DNA from: Octopus bimaculoides
Lineage: Eukaryota
NCBI RefSeq assembly: GCF_001194135.2
Contig: NC_068983.1
Span: 134,783,554 to 134,822,362 of the forward strand
Direction of reading: 5' to 3'
Length of the DNA: 38,809 nt
Part shown: piece by piece, positions 10,273 to 21,410 of the stretch
How positions within the stretch are numbered: the first letter of the stretch is position 1
How the letters are laid out: the number at the start of each line of letters is the position of its first letter
Notes under the pieces: model-generated
Database searches by the model: none
What the model saw: the letters and a program-made list of their open reading frames with translations, nothing else
Told to the model about the DNA's origin: nothing
Position numbers and translations under genes: made by a program

Positions 10273-10677
10273 CGTAATATGATTACAGTACCAGAGGTTA
10301 ACCCCAGAAGATTGAAATTTGAAGGCCCAAATGTGAGAGTGAAAATGTAGTTTATCAATGTAAAGTAAAGACTCAGACAGATGTTAGCCTATATTTGGGG
10401 TGTTCTTCGGGACAAATCTGTAAAAGATTATCTAATCATTATAGTACCTTTAGAGATAGAAGTAAAATAGCGAGTACTAGTCTTAGTAAATTCATTTGGG
10501 AACTGAAGGAACAAAAAAAGCAATATTCGTTAGAATGGTCAATTATTGGGAAACCTTTCCCTTATGACAAAGGTAAGAGATATTGCTCGCTGTGTAATCT
10601 AGAATTATATTTTATATTATTCTCTAAGGGTAAGTTAATAAATAAACTCACATATAATGCTTTCAGATGTAGCCATT
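9940..10677 (+). mobile_element. Penelope-type linker plus GIY-YIG endonuclease, near-intact (one frameshift near 10328), runs into gap
   Basis: NIWFIVPFGRNVKSN..YFPKNSHYGKIIN..HNFKIL, then KCESENVVYQCKV..LYLGCSSGQICKRLSNH..STSLSKFIWELK..CSLCNLE..LINK. VVY/YLG is the GIY-YIG pair. Confidence 0.85.
10210..10272 (+). repeat. (AAT)21 inside the endonuclease reading frame (poly-Asn)
   Basis: Directly visible and in frame in the ORF track (10015-10350). Confidence 0.9.
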
Positions 10678-11297
10678 NNNNNNNNNNNNNNNNNNNNNNN
10701 NNNNNNNNNNNNNNNNNNNNNNNNNNNNNNNNNNNNNNNNNNNNNNNNNNNNNNNNNNNNNNNNNNNNNNNNNNNNNNNNNNNNNNNNNNNNNNNNNNNN
10801 NNNNNNNNNNNNNNNNNNNNNNNNNNNNNNNNNNNNNNNNNNNNNNNNNNNNNNNNNNNNNNNNNNNNNNNNNNNNNNNNNNNNNNNNNNNNNNNNNNNN
10901 NNNNNNNNNNNNNNNNNNNNNNNNNNNNNNNNNNNNNNNNNNNNNNNNNNNNNNNNNNNNNNNNNNNNNNNNNNNNNNNNNNNNNNNNNNNNNNNNNNNN
11001 NNNNNNNNNNNNNNNNNNNNNNNNNNNNNNNNNNNNNNNNNNNNNNNNNNNNNNNNNNNNNNNNNNNNNNNNNNNNNNNNNNNNNNNNNNNNNNNNNNNN
11101 NNNNNNNNNNNNNNNNNNNNNNNNNNNNNNNNNNNNNNNNNNNNNNNNNNNNNNNNNNNNNNNNNNNNNNNNNNNNNNNNNNNNNNNNNNNNNNNNNNNN
11201 NNNNNNNNNNNNNNNNNNNNNNNNNNNNNNNNNNNNNNNNNNNNNNNNNNNNNNNNNNNNNNNNNNNNNNNNNNNNNNNNNNNNNNNNNNNNNNNNN

Positions 11298-11342
<45 letters not shown>

Positions 11343-11343
<1 letters not shown>

Positions 11344-11523
11344 CAATTAAGTTTATGTCCGGTCATAGAGTGACCAATGGTTTCGCATCCATAAAGGGCT
11401 TTGCCCTATCGACGGCTCGTCAGACTCTAAAGCCGAAGGCGTATAACTCTTCAACTCTAGAGTTAAGCCCTTTAGGGATGCGAAACCATTGGTCACTCTA
11501 TGACCAGTCATAGACTTAACTGC
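11343..11523. repeat. Fold-back (MITE-like) element
   Basis: 11361-11401 and 11465-11505 are reverse complements at 40/41 nt. Outer 18 nt pair with 4 mismatches. Spacer is 63 nt. Confidence 0.85.
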
Positions 11524-11690
11524 TTATAAATACATTACGGTTCTATGCTTTAGAGTGTGCCTCTTTTTTGGACATATGATACATTGACGATGTATGTATG
11601 TATGTATGTATGTATGTATGTGCAGATTTGTATGTTTTATGTATGTATTCCCATGCATATAGTTACATATTTAGACACGGTCATATATAT

Positions 11691-11810
11691 TCAAATGACA
11701 AACTTCTGGAAAGTTTTACAGATTTTTACAGTTCCAGTGATGGATTAGATCTGTAGTCTTCGAATTAGCTTTCTTCTTTCTGGTTTTCAGAAGCCTAATT
11801 TTTCAAGATT
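11691..11810 (-). pseudogene. C-terminal fragment of an RLE-type (R2/NeSL/R4-like) non-LTR ORF
   Basis: NLEKLGF*KPERRKLIRRLQI*SITGTVKICKTFQKFVI* resembles the LQ..(S/A)I.GT.KI terminus of RLE domains. Confidence 0.6.
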
Positions 11811-12111
11811 GGTATTTAGGCAGTGTCATGTATGTATGTATGTTCTATTCTATTTTTAATTATTTAAAATCTTCCTGAAAAGGAGCTGGTTTCTAACAAA
11901 GATACAAAGCTCCAACATTGGAATGTAGATAACAAAAACAAATTTACATTTTAAAATTGAGAAAAATCTTGCATATTTTTGCTGTTCCACTCACAGATCG
12001 TATTCGCAATGAGCAAATACACATTACGAATATAATCTGTGAGTGGAACGGAAGTCGTTATTTCACGTCATTTAAGCCATTCATTATCATAGAAAAGAAA
12101 CTGACTGCACA

Positions 12112-12490
12112 TCATCATCATCATCATTTAACGTTTGCTGTCCATGCTGGCATGGGTTGGACGGTTTGACCAGGGCTGGCAAGCTGGAAGGCTGCACCAG
12201 ACTCCAGTCTGTTTTGGCATGGTTTTCTACAGCTGGATACCCTTGCTAACGCCAACCACTCGAAGAGTGTAATGAGTGCTTTTATGTGCCACCGGCACGG
12301 GTGCCATTTGCGTGACACCAGTATCTTCCACAACTGCGGTTTTACTTGGCTTGATGAGTCTTCTTCTCAAGCACGGCATAATGCCAAATGGTCTCGGTCC
12401 TTGCCTCCGTTAGACCCAAAACTCGAAAGGTGCTTTTACGTTTCACCGGCACGAGTGCCATTTGCATGACACTGGTATCTGCTACACTCA
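12112..12490 (-). mobile_element. RTE-type 3' end / RTE-tailed SINE with (TGA)n tail
   Basis: catcatcatttaacg..tccatgctggcatgggttggacgg..ttctacagctggat..ccaaccactc is the reverse complement of 35930-36095. Confidence 0.8.
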
Positions 12491-12836
12491 ATTATTTTTC
12501 TGCCTTCATATATAGTCAAAATGAACCAACATTATTTGTTGCTTTTCGTATATTTTTTGTAATATTTTACCCAGATGAAAACATGACCTTTAGCATGACC
12601 ACTAAAACAAAATAGTGGAGGGAAGGGAGGGACCTTGTTATAGTCGCCAAGAGCTGTTAAACAAAGGAAACAGATAAAAACTACCGCCCAACAACAGAAA
12701 CATCTCTTAAGTTTCAGTCACTTAAATTTTACTCTCAAGGCTTTGGATGACTTGAATCTTAATAAGAAACACTTAATCAAAATGCTTTGCCGTGGAATTG
12801 AACTCGTAACCATACAGTTATGAAGTGATGTAATTA

Positions 12837-13010
12837 TTTAGCCCTAGATCAACATTGATTAAGAAAATTTATTGCACCCATGGCCATTCAGTCCTTTTAG
12901 GAGTCTTTAGAACAATATTATCCAATGTATCCTTTTGAATGATACGGAGGGAGTGGGGGTTAAGTTGAAGGAAATTTAGCTGTTATTTCTTGTAAGCTGA
13001 ACAGCCAATA
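12837..13010 (-). mobile_element. SINE family C, degenerate
   Basis: ttagccc..gatca, attatccaatgt and agctgttatttct motifs shared with the 26447-28428 copies. Confidence 0.55.
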
Positions 13011-13051
13011 ACCTTGGAAGGTAAACGTTAAACGATGATGATGATGATGAT

Positions 13052-13095
<44 letters not shown>

Positions 13096-13098
13096 TCA

Positions 13099-13364
13099 TC
13101 TTTTACTTGTTTCAGTCATTAGACTGCAATCATGCTGGGGCACAGCCTTGAATGGTTTTAGTCGAACGAATCAACCCCAGTACTTATCTTTTTAAAGCCT
13201 GGTAATCTTTCTATTGGCCTTTATTGTTGAACTGCTAAGTTATGGAGATATAAACAAACCAACACTGGTTGTAAAGCAGTGGTGAGAACAAACACATATA
13301 TTCGATGGGATTCTTTCATTTTCTGTCTACCAAATCTACTAACAGGGCTTTGGTTGGCCTGAGG
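13099..13364 (-). mobile_element. SINE family A, partial (runs into gap)
   Basis: Tail cttttacttgtttcagtca and core match 33706-34222. Confidence 0.85.
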
Positions 13365-13905
13365 NNNNNNNNNNNNNNNNNNNNNNNNNNNNNNNNNNNN
13401 NNNNNNNNNNNNNNNNNNNNNNNNNNNNNNNNNNNNNNNNNNNNNNNNNNNNNNNNNNNNNNNNNNNNNNNNNNNNNNNNNNNNNNNNNNNNNNNNNNNN
13501 NNNNNNNNNNNNNNNNNNNNNNNNNNNNNNNNNNNNNNNNNNNNNNNNNNNNNNNNNNNNNNNNNNNNNNNNNNNNNNNNNNNNNNNNNNNNNNNNNNNN
13601 NNNNNNNNNNNNNNNNNNNNNNNNNNNNNNNNNNNNNNNNNNNNNNNNNNNNNNNNNNNNNNNNNNNNNNNNNNNNNNNNNNNNNNNNNNNNNNNNNNNN
13701 NNNNNNNNNNNNNNNNNNNNNNNNNNNNNNNNNNNNNNNNNNNNNNNNNNNNNNNNNNNTAGGTTTATTGCTTGCCTGAACATTATGTACAAACTATACA
13801 TAAGCTTCCTCAACTAATTCTCCCAAGATCGTTGGAGTCTAACAACATAGTGACTGATGAGCAGGCAGGTGGAAAGAAGGGAGTCTGGAGAGGAGCCAAA
13901 TAAAC

Positions 13906-14083
13906 TGCTTAATGGTATCTCGCCTGTCTTTATGTTCTGTGTTCAAATTCCGCTGAGGTCAACTTTGCCTTTCATCCTTTCAGGGTCAATAAATTAAGTA
14001 CTAGTTGCGTACTGGGGTTGATCTAATTGACTGCCCACCTCCCCAAAAATTTCAAGCCTTGTGCCTAGAGTAGAAAAGAATAT
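13906..14083 (+). mobile_element. SINE family B
   Basis: gttcaaattccgctgaggtcaactttgcctttcatcc..gcctagagtagaaaagaat. Confidence 0.9.
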
Positions 14084-15140
14084 TTAGTTTCATCCTTCAA
14101 TGATCTGAGTTAAAATCCTATTTAGGGTTTTCCATCAATTTCATGCTTGCAGGAACAATATAACAGGTAGCAAACAAATAATGAATTCAATTCAATTAGT
14201 TGCACACTTTCCCTTTATGTTTTTGCTACCAGTCTTATCAACCACATTAATCTTCTTCTGATTAAATCTTTAAAAAAGAGGATTATCTACAAAAACTTTT
14301 TGGGTCCTTCTACAGAAGGGGATAAACATTGGGTTATTTGAACACAGTTAACATTCAGCTTGAATTTATTAAGGGGAGAGAAAAACATGGGCTGAGAGAT
14401 AGTTCTAGAGGGTTACAAATCTATTTGCGGAAAGTTTGAGTTAAGTGTTTAGTATAGTGTCGAACTTTCTGAGAGTATTACAAAGAGGAAAGGTTGGTAT
14501 TGGTACACAGATTAGTTTAGTTGAAGCAAAGGCCATTATAGTTAAGTAGAGGGAACAAAGAGAGGAAACAGCTCAAAGGCAACCGAGTCGCTGGGAATTT
14601 TACTTGGTAAATATCTTACAATCTTATAAATGGAAGATGTTCCTGTAATACCATGCAGAGTGGTCATGTCTATGGTGGATACTCTGTCCTAGACCACTTC
14701 TACTTTATTTAGTGTGAACGAATAAATTTTTCAGAAACATTTTCTGATTTTCTTGCTTTCCTTTTAAAAGTTTATAGCTTTGAAAAAATATTTACATACG
14801 AAATTGCATCATGTAACACTTATCACCTATTTATGTACAACATGTTATATTACATTTTATTGGAATTTATATAACTTGTAAATTATTTTATATATCTTAT
14901 TTCAAGTTGTATCGCATAAATTTCCACTTTTTATATGATTTGCTTACTTATGCATTATCAAAATATTTATATACTTTATGTACACTGTTTATATAGCTTA
15001 TATATATGGATAAAAGAGAAAAGAAATATTTGACAAAATATGACCATCCCCAAGTATAACAATATGTATAATATAAGAAGAGAAATACTAAATGTGATTA
15101 TTCAGTTTTGGCACAGTGAAGTAAATGGTGTATTATAAAT

Positions 15141-15320
15141 AGGTAATGGCTGTGAAACACAAGCACGGCTGTTTGCTTACTTTACAACCAAGGGTTTTGT
15201 GTTCAGTCCCATCGTGCAGCACATTGAGCAAGTGTCTTCTACAATAATTCTGGACCTACCGATGTAAGGGAATTTAATTGACAGAAACTGTAAGAAGTTC
15301 ATTGCACGTATGTGTGTGTG
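15141..15320 (+). mobile_element. SINE family A head, degenerate
   Basis: gttcagtccc..ttgagcaagtgtcttctac..gacagaaactg. Confidence 0.65.
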
Positions 15321-16319
15321 ATTATTAACATCCCAGTTTTATTATCGTTACCAACAAAATAGCTACATTCATTGTTGACATTATGGATGGTTGCTCTGCA
15401 CTTTCCAAAGACTTATAGAATAAAAACTCCCTTAATTAAAATACAGGTAAGAGTTGATGGTTGGAAAAGCATCCAGCAGTAATATCCTGCCTCAATTAAA
15501 TCCTCAACCAAACTTATGAATCCATATACTAAAATATGTGACGTTTTTCCTCTTCCTGGTGTTTATACATACGAAGCCATATAGAGAGGGTCTTTGTTTT
15601 CTTTTTTAAATGTATGCTCATGTTCATTCCAATAAATTCTAGTGAAATGATTGATATTGAAATGTTTTACTGCTGAAACAGTGCAAGCTTTCTATGATGC
15701 ATTCATCTTCTCAAGAAATTATACATTCATTTGAACAAATTCTATTTCCTTTCTCATTACAAAGATTCTGATTTAATAGGGTTGTATATACATATATACC
15801 ATGTGGAAGAGTTATTATTTCCTTTCTGCATTTTTAATAAAGTTATTATAATATATAATGACTTCCTAATTCATTTATTTTGGCCTACATTACAAAATAA
15901 TGTTTTTAAGAATATTTACTCTTATTCAACCTATGTGCCATAATTTATGCTTCGATGCAACCCACAAAGCCTAAACATTTTGACTGTCTTGTCCTTTGGT
16001 TTCTAACATATACTAGTTAACAACAGAAGTTGGGCTCCTTAATGTATGTCTTGTTTACCCATCTATCTATCTCTTGTACCTCTCACCTGTTCCCCACTGT
16101 CTTCACCTACCTTCCTGCTGCATTCATTACAACCTCCTGATTTCATTGACTGTCACAGCTCAGAGATTCCAGAGTAGCTGGTCTGCCATGCATTCTGCCA
16201 GTTACCTGAACCACACTAGAGAGTTGAACTAAGACTACCTGAACAATTGAACAAGATTACCATTATATTATGCCCCTTTTAGGACAATGAATGTTCTCTC
16301 TTTTGATAATTCTCATTAT

Positions 16320-16560
16320 TATCATCACCATTTAATATCCGCTTTCCATGCTGGCATGAGTTGGACAGTTTGACTGGAGCTGGCCAGGTTCTAATAGTCT
16401 GTTTTGACATATTTTCTATGGTTGGGTGCCCTTCTTAATATCAGCCTCTTTAGAGTATGCTGGGTGCTTCTTATGTGCGACTGGCACAGGTGCTTCTACA
16501 TGGTGCTAGCACAAGTACATTTTATATGGCACTGGCACAAATGCATTTTACATGGCACCA
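16320..16560 (-). mobile_element. RTE-tailed repeat
   Basis: tcatcaccatttaatatccgctttccatgctggcatgagttggac matches the 12112 family. Confidence 0.75.
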
Positions 16561-16619
16561 TAAAATATATATAAAGCTATATATATGTACATATATAGTA
16601 TCAGCATTATTATTTTAGA

Positions 16620-16830
16620 GTCCACTTTTAGAGTCCATACTTGCATGGGGTTGGATGGAGTTTATTGAGGCAGATCTTCTATGGGTGAATTCCATTCCTG
16701 TTGCCAACCCTTACCTGTTTCAAAGTAAGGTAATATTTCCACATGATCAGATCTCTTTTTGCAAAATATTGGATATTGGAAATGAATGACATTCATTTAC
16801 AACAATCACAATGTCAAGACAAGGAAACAC
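16620..16830 (-). mobile_element. Related RTE-tailed repeat with a different body
   Basis: cttgcatggggttggatgg..ttctatgg..attcctgttgccaaccc shares the tail module. Body differs. Confidence 0.5.
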
Positions 16831-16850
16831 AAACACTCAGATACTCACTT

Positions 16851-17082
16851 TCATACATACATACATACATACATACATACATACATACATACATACATAA
16901 ATGCATACATACACATATGCATGCATACATACATACAAACATACATATATACACATATGCATACATACATACATACATGTATGCATATACACATACATAT
17001 ATACACATATGCATACATACATGTATGCATATACACATACATATATACATACATACACATATGCATAGGTACATACATACAT
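16851..17082. repeat. (CATA)n and degenerate derivatives
   Basis: Directly visible. Confidence 0.9.
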
Positions 17083-17083
17083 T

Positions 17084-17227
17084 CATAAACACCAACTCAA
17101 GGAATATTGGTGGAATATTCCCATCAAAACTTCTGCCAAATGTAAGCACAACAGGCTGGATATTGTTGTTTGGGACAGAGGGGCAAAGGTATGCACCATC
17201 ATAGAGGTTAGTCACCCTCAGATATAA
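17084..17227 (+). pseudogene. RLE (PD-(D/E)xK) endonuclease fragment of a non-LTR retrotransposon
   Basis: HKHQLKEYWWNIPIKTSAKCKHNRLDIVVWDRGAKVCTIIEVSHP matches the RLE pattern HNRPD(I/L)VV....IIEV; here RPD reads RLD. Confidence 0.8.
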
Positions 17228-17237
17228 ATATCTCTGA

Positions 17238-17403
17238 GTAGTAGGTAACCAGATATTAGATAGCACTATGGTTAAGTAACACCATGCGCTCTTCAGAGAT
17301 GGCAGTTATGGAAAAGTCACTATATTTTTCCATATCTGTCACCTTTGAAGAACATGTGGTGTTACTTAACTGTGCTGTTATCTAGTATCAAGTAATCTAT
17401 TAC
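17238..17403. repeat. Decayed palindromic (hairpin MITE-like) element
   Basis: 17244-17301 versus 17340-17397 align as an ungapped inverted repeat at 42/58. The centre ATGGAAAA-10nt-TTTTCCAT also pairs. Confidence 0.8.
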
Positions 17404-17921
17404 CTAGCTTGAAACTGATAAGTAAGATCAGCTGAAATGCATCTATAATACTGTCTTTGATTAATACACATACATACATACAAACATATATACATACATA
17501 CATGTATGTATGTATGTATGTATGTATGTATATATATATATCACGCTATATTTCATGTTGAGAACAATTTAGGTCTTATTAGACACAAGATGTGATCTAT
17601 TTCTAGCACATTGAATGTCCACGTTAGTGGTCAACGTCATATATAAAAATGTACTTTAATCCCCTGAGATTTCAGATACTGTTTCTGAATCTCTTTGATT
17701 CTTTAAATGTGCTAGCTTCCTGGTAATTAATCGATATTAATTAATATATGATTTTTTACCCTATTTTTTAATAATATATATATATATCCACATAGGCAAA
17801 TTTGTTGTTGAAGATGCACCTAAATTTGAAAAACTTGCAATTGTTTAAAATAAATTTATTTACATATATATCAAACTAGTTTCAACAATATTTTTTCTTT
17901 ACCAATGGAAAAAATTAAGAT

Positions 17922-18052
17922 TTATGAATTAGAAATGCATGTTTAAAAGTTTCAATGTTGACAAGTTTAAATGTTCATAACAAATTTAGAATTATGAATT
18001 AGAAAAACATGTTTAAAAGTTTCAATGTTGGCAAGTTTAAATGTTCATAACA
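17922..18052. repeat. Tandem duplication, 70-bp period
   Basis: ttatgaattagaaa..catgtttaaaagtttcaatgttg.caagtttaaatgttcataaca at 17922 and 17992, 3 mismatches. Confidence 0.9.
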
Positions 18053-18129
18053 GTCAATAATATAAAACTGTGCATCAACTTGTTTAAATGTACAAAGTTC
18101 GTTAGTGTTAGTAGTGATAGACAAAAAAT

Positions 18130-19786
18130 AAATATCATCAAAGTTCAGTCATACTGAGTTAAGAGGGGAAAATGAAGATAGTGAAAAAAGGGATTTGGTT
18201 TACAATTTCTCTGATTCTCTTTCTGTCGTGTAGAAGAACTTTCACTTGTATTGGTGTGTTTTGGAATCCGGTGTATTTATAATTTTTTCCATGAGCGGAT
18301 CTGATTTTTGATTCATTAAAGTACTGTTGATGTCTTGTTTTTCCAGTGGTTAAGTTTGTTGTTCTGCCTAGTTGGCTTCTCTGTGGGGAACAGTCATCAG
18401 CCATTCCGGTTGGTTGATTCTCTTAAAGGGTCATTTTGTTGTATTTGCTGAAATTCGATTTTGATTGGAGGTAAAATTTCATTGGCCTAGAGTTAGGTGA
18501 CGTCAGCAACTGGTGATTGTAAGATTTCATTGGTTTAGAGATAGGTGACGTCGGCAACTGGTGTTTGTATGGTGTTATTGTATGGTGATTTGGAGTTGTG
18601 GCTTCGAAAACCAGGTGGAAGACTGTTACTAAAGGTTTTAAAATTGTCTGTTGTTCCTGGTTGTCTTTTTGTAGAGAAATTGAGTCTTTTTCCCTTTTTC
18701 TCTTTAGTGTTTTTTCTTCTTTCTAAAGGATATTCAGCTGTGGTTTATATTTTTTTAATGAGTATGCTTTCCTTATTTAAATGGAATTGGGTTGAAGTGT
18801 TTCCAATGCACTTGATAGAGAGGGAAGATTTAGTATTTTGGGTTTATGTTTACAGGGCATTGGTCTAAGTGTTTGCTTATGGGAATTTTCCTAGTCGTGA
18901 GTCCCTGGATTTGTTGCCTGTGCACAGTTAGTCTGTCCCTCAAGGTTAAACTAGTTTGACCTGTATAGTCTCCACCACATCCTCCACATTTGAGAACATA
19001 GATTAAGTTCTTTGAAGCACAGATGAAGTGATTTTTTTATAGTAAAAGTTTGACCTGACTTAAACTTGTATGTTGAGCCCTCTAAGAGGAAGATGCAAGT
19101 TCCACAGTGAGGGCGGTTGCACTTTTTGACTAGTGGGGTTGTATTTATGGTGGGTGATCTGGTGCTGGCGAGTAACTTTTTTTAGGGATTGTGGTTGTCT
19201 CTTGCTTTTGATAATACTATGTGCTTCCAGTGCCTTTTTCATTTGCAGGTCCTTCATAAGGAGAGGTATGTTTTGGTGGATGATGTTGTATGTTTCCATG
19301 TTCCTTGGACTGTGTGTTGATATGTAAGATAAAGTTCTAAGTGTACAATGGTGTTTTCTTGTTTTCTGTAACTTTTGGATGTCTTTCATTTTTGCACATT
19401 CTATTCCATTTTTGATTAGACTGGCCTGGTATTTTCTATCAAGTAATGTGTTTTTAAGTTCTTAGAGTTGCTTTTCTCAGGTTTCGGGATTTGATGCAAT
19501 CATACAAATTCTTCTTGCAAGTTGAACGGTATATTTATTTTAGTATGTTTTGAGTTGCAAGAGGAGAATAGAAGATATTGTTTCGAGTCCATTGGTTTGA
19601 AGATGTTGGTTTCAATTTCAGTATCTCTTTTTATGATTAAGATGTCCAGGAAGGGTAGTTGTTTGTGGCTGTATTCCATTGTCAACTGGATACTGTGGTT
19701 AATGCTGTTGATTAAGTTTTTAAATTTTGAGAGTTGTTCAATGTTATGTGGTCACAGAATGAAACAGTTATCTGGGTAGCATTACC
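18130..19786 (-). mobile_element. 5'-truncated Penelope-like element (RT C-terminal half, GIY-YIG, 3' pLTR region)
   Basis: W*CYPDNCFIL (decayed YxDD), TMEYSHKQLPFLDILI, KQYLLFSSC..INIPFNL, KCNRPHCGTC, KNLIYVLKCGGCGGDYTGQTS, KYKPQLNIL* (stop 18723-18725). The left boundary is approximate. Confidence 0.9.
18471..18563. promoter_or_regulatory. 48-bp tandem repeat carrying CCAAT box and CRE in the PLE 3' region
   Basis: ATTGG at 18481 and 18529 (also 18464). TGACGTCA at 18498-18505 and TGACGTCG at 18546-18553. Function is inferred only. Confidence 0.5.
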
Positions 19787-19917
19787 AAAACAAAAAGAAA
19801 TGAAACCATTATTCTATGTTAATTAAGTTAATTTTGTCAAGCTCTCTTTTCAGTTTGTAAGATAGAAATTTAAATGTAATAAAATGTTTTAAAAGAAATT
19901 TAAAGTGCCTACATGAT

Positions 19918-19948
19918 AACTGTAAACCTACTTTTGGGCCACCCTGTA
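19918..19948 (-). mobile_element. Single Tc1/mariner-like terminal repeat (TA|CAGGGTGGCCCAAAAGTAGG)
   Basis: TA-CAGGGTG end is typical of Tc1/mariner/pogo ends. No partner TIR was found. Confidence 0.5.
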
Positions 19949-19965
19949 TATGTGCGTGTGTGTCT

Positions 19966-20028
<63 letters not shown>

Positions 20029-20037
20029 TGTGTGTGT

Positions 20038-20099
<62 letters not shown>

Positions 20100-20102
20100 A
20101 TA

Positions 20103-20552
20103 GGCACAGGCATGGCTGTGTGGTAAGAAGTTTGCTTCCCAACCACATAGTTCCAGGTTCAATCCCACTTCGTGACACCTTGGGCAAGTGTCTTCTACTT
20201 ATAGTCCCAGGCCAACCAAAGCATTGTGAGTGGATTTGGTAGACAGAAACTGAAGAAGCCTGTTGTATATGTATATATATATATATATATTTACATGTAA
20301 GTATGTATATGTATATATATTTGTGTGTGTGTTTGACCCACCACTACCACCACCACCACCATCACTTGACAACCGATGCTGGTGGGTTTATGTCCCCATT
20401 ACTTAGTGGTTTGGCATAAGAGAGCAATAGAATATGTGCTAGGCTGAGAAAAAATAAGCCGATTTTTTTCACTAACACCCTTTAAGGTGGTGCTCCAGCA
20501 TGGCTGCAGTCAAATGACTGAAACAAGTAAAAGAATAAAAGAGTAAAAGAAT
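20103..20552 (+). mobile_element. SINE family A, full length
   Basis: A-box-like TGGCTGTGTGG at 20113-20123, B-box GGTTCAATCCC at 20156-20166, internal microsatellite, (AGTAAAAG)-type tail. Confidence 0.9.
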
Positions 20553-20929
20553 GTATAAATGTATATACACATACACACATATATATAAAACTCATTTAAA
20601 ACTGCTTGTATCATGGTAAGTAGTAATATTTACAGCACATTACGATTATTAAATATTTCTGCATGCATGTATGCAAGTTCTTTTCAAATTCTTTTGTAAA
20701 AGTAATAAGCATATCAACATATGCAAAATAGAGAAATTGCTAGGAAATCATGAAGTAATTTCAGAAAAGTGTTGTGTTTCTGCACAGACACTTTAAGCAT
20801 TTAGCTATGCATTAAAGTTGATCAGATGTTGTAACGTAAGACATAAAACATAGAAATATGTGTTGGTATTGCTTTTGCTAAAATCTTGTATTCTAATACA
20901 ACTTCTACAATGAAGAGCTATTATGAAAA

Positions 20930-21325
20930 TAAGGTTGTGGTTTGCATTTCAATAGAATTTTTGGAAACTTGTAAGGTGTGGTGAAGTGTTTGAATTAGGG
21001 TTAGGTGCTATTTCGTGTAGTAGGTCTTGTGTGGATTGTCTGTTGTGGTGGTTTGTGTGGAAGGATAACTATTATTTGTAAGGTATGAATTAATATTTTA
21101 CACAACAGTTTTTATGTTGTAGTTAATGTGATATCTAAGGTGTATTGGTTTGTATGGGAGTCTGGATTGTCAATCATGTGTGGTATTTTATGGAGTAAAT
21201 ACTTCACTTGCTAGACTTAGTAATGGTGGTTTCTGTGAATTAATGTCATTATCACTTGTACGATGGGTTGTGTGCAATTGTAAGGTGACAAATTTATCTT
21301 AGTTTCTGTATAATGGTGCCAGTAG

Positions 21326-21410
<85 letters not shown>

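Noticed and set aside
2326-10677. Idea that the RT relic (2326-3270) and the EN frame (9940-10677) are halves of one element
   Set aside because: They overlap at the IIWFNPPY-equivalent motif with different sequences and differ greatly in decay.
13853-13890. CUGAUGA...GAAAG on the plus strand
   Set aside because: The intervening sequence cannot form stem II.
14250-14720. Possible retroelement coding relic
   Set aside because: Manual translation gave only vague resemblances in inconsistent frames; needs tBLASTx or an HMM search.
16743-17266. HTYI/VCMY-rich ORFs here and throughout
   Set aside because: Translations of (CATA)n, (CA)n and (TA)n microsatellites.
17676-17722. Candidate plus-strand micro-exon (ILFLNLFDSLNVLAS, TTTCAG/GTAATT)
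   Set aside because: Splice-like signals only, with no homology or neighbouring exons.
18365-18405. CUGAUGA-CUG..CAG-aGAAG hammerhead-like motif in the PLE 3' region (minus)
   Set aside because: No GAAA box, no UH triplet and no stem I. At most a dead relic.
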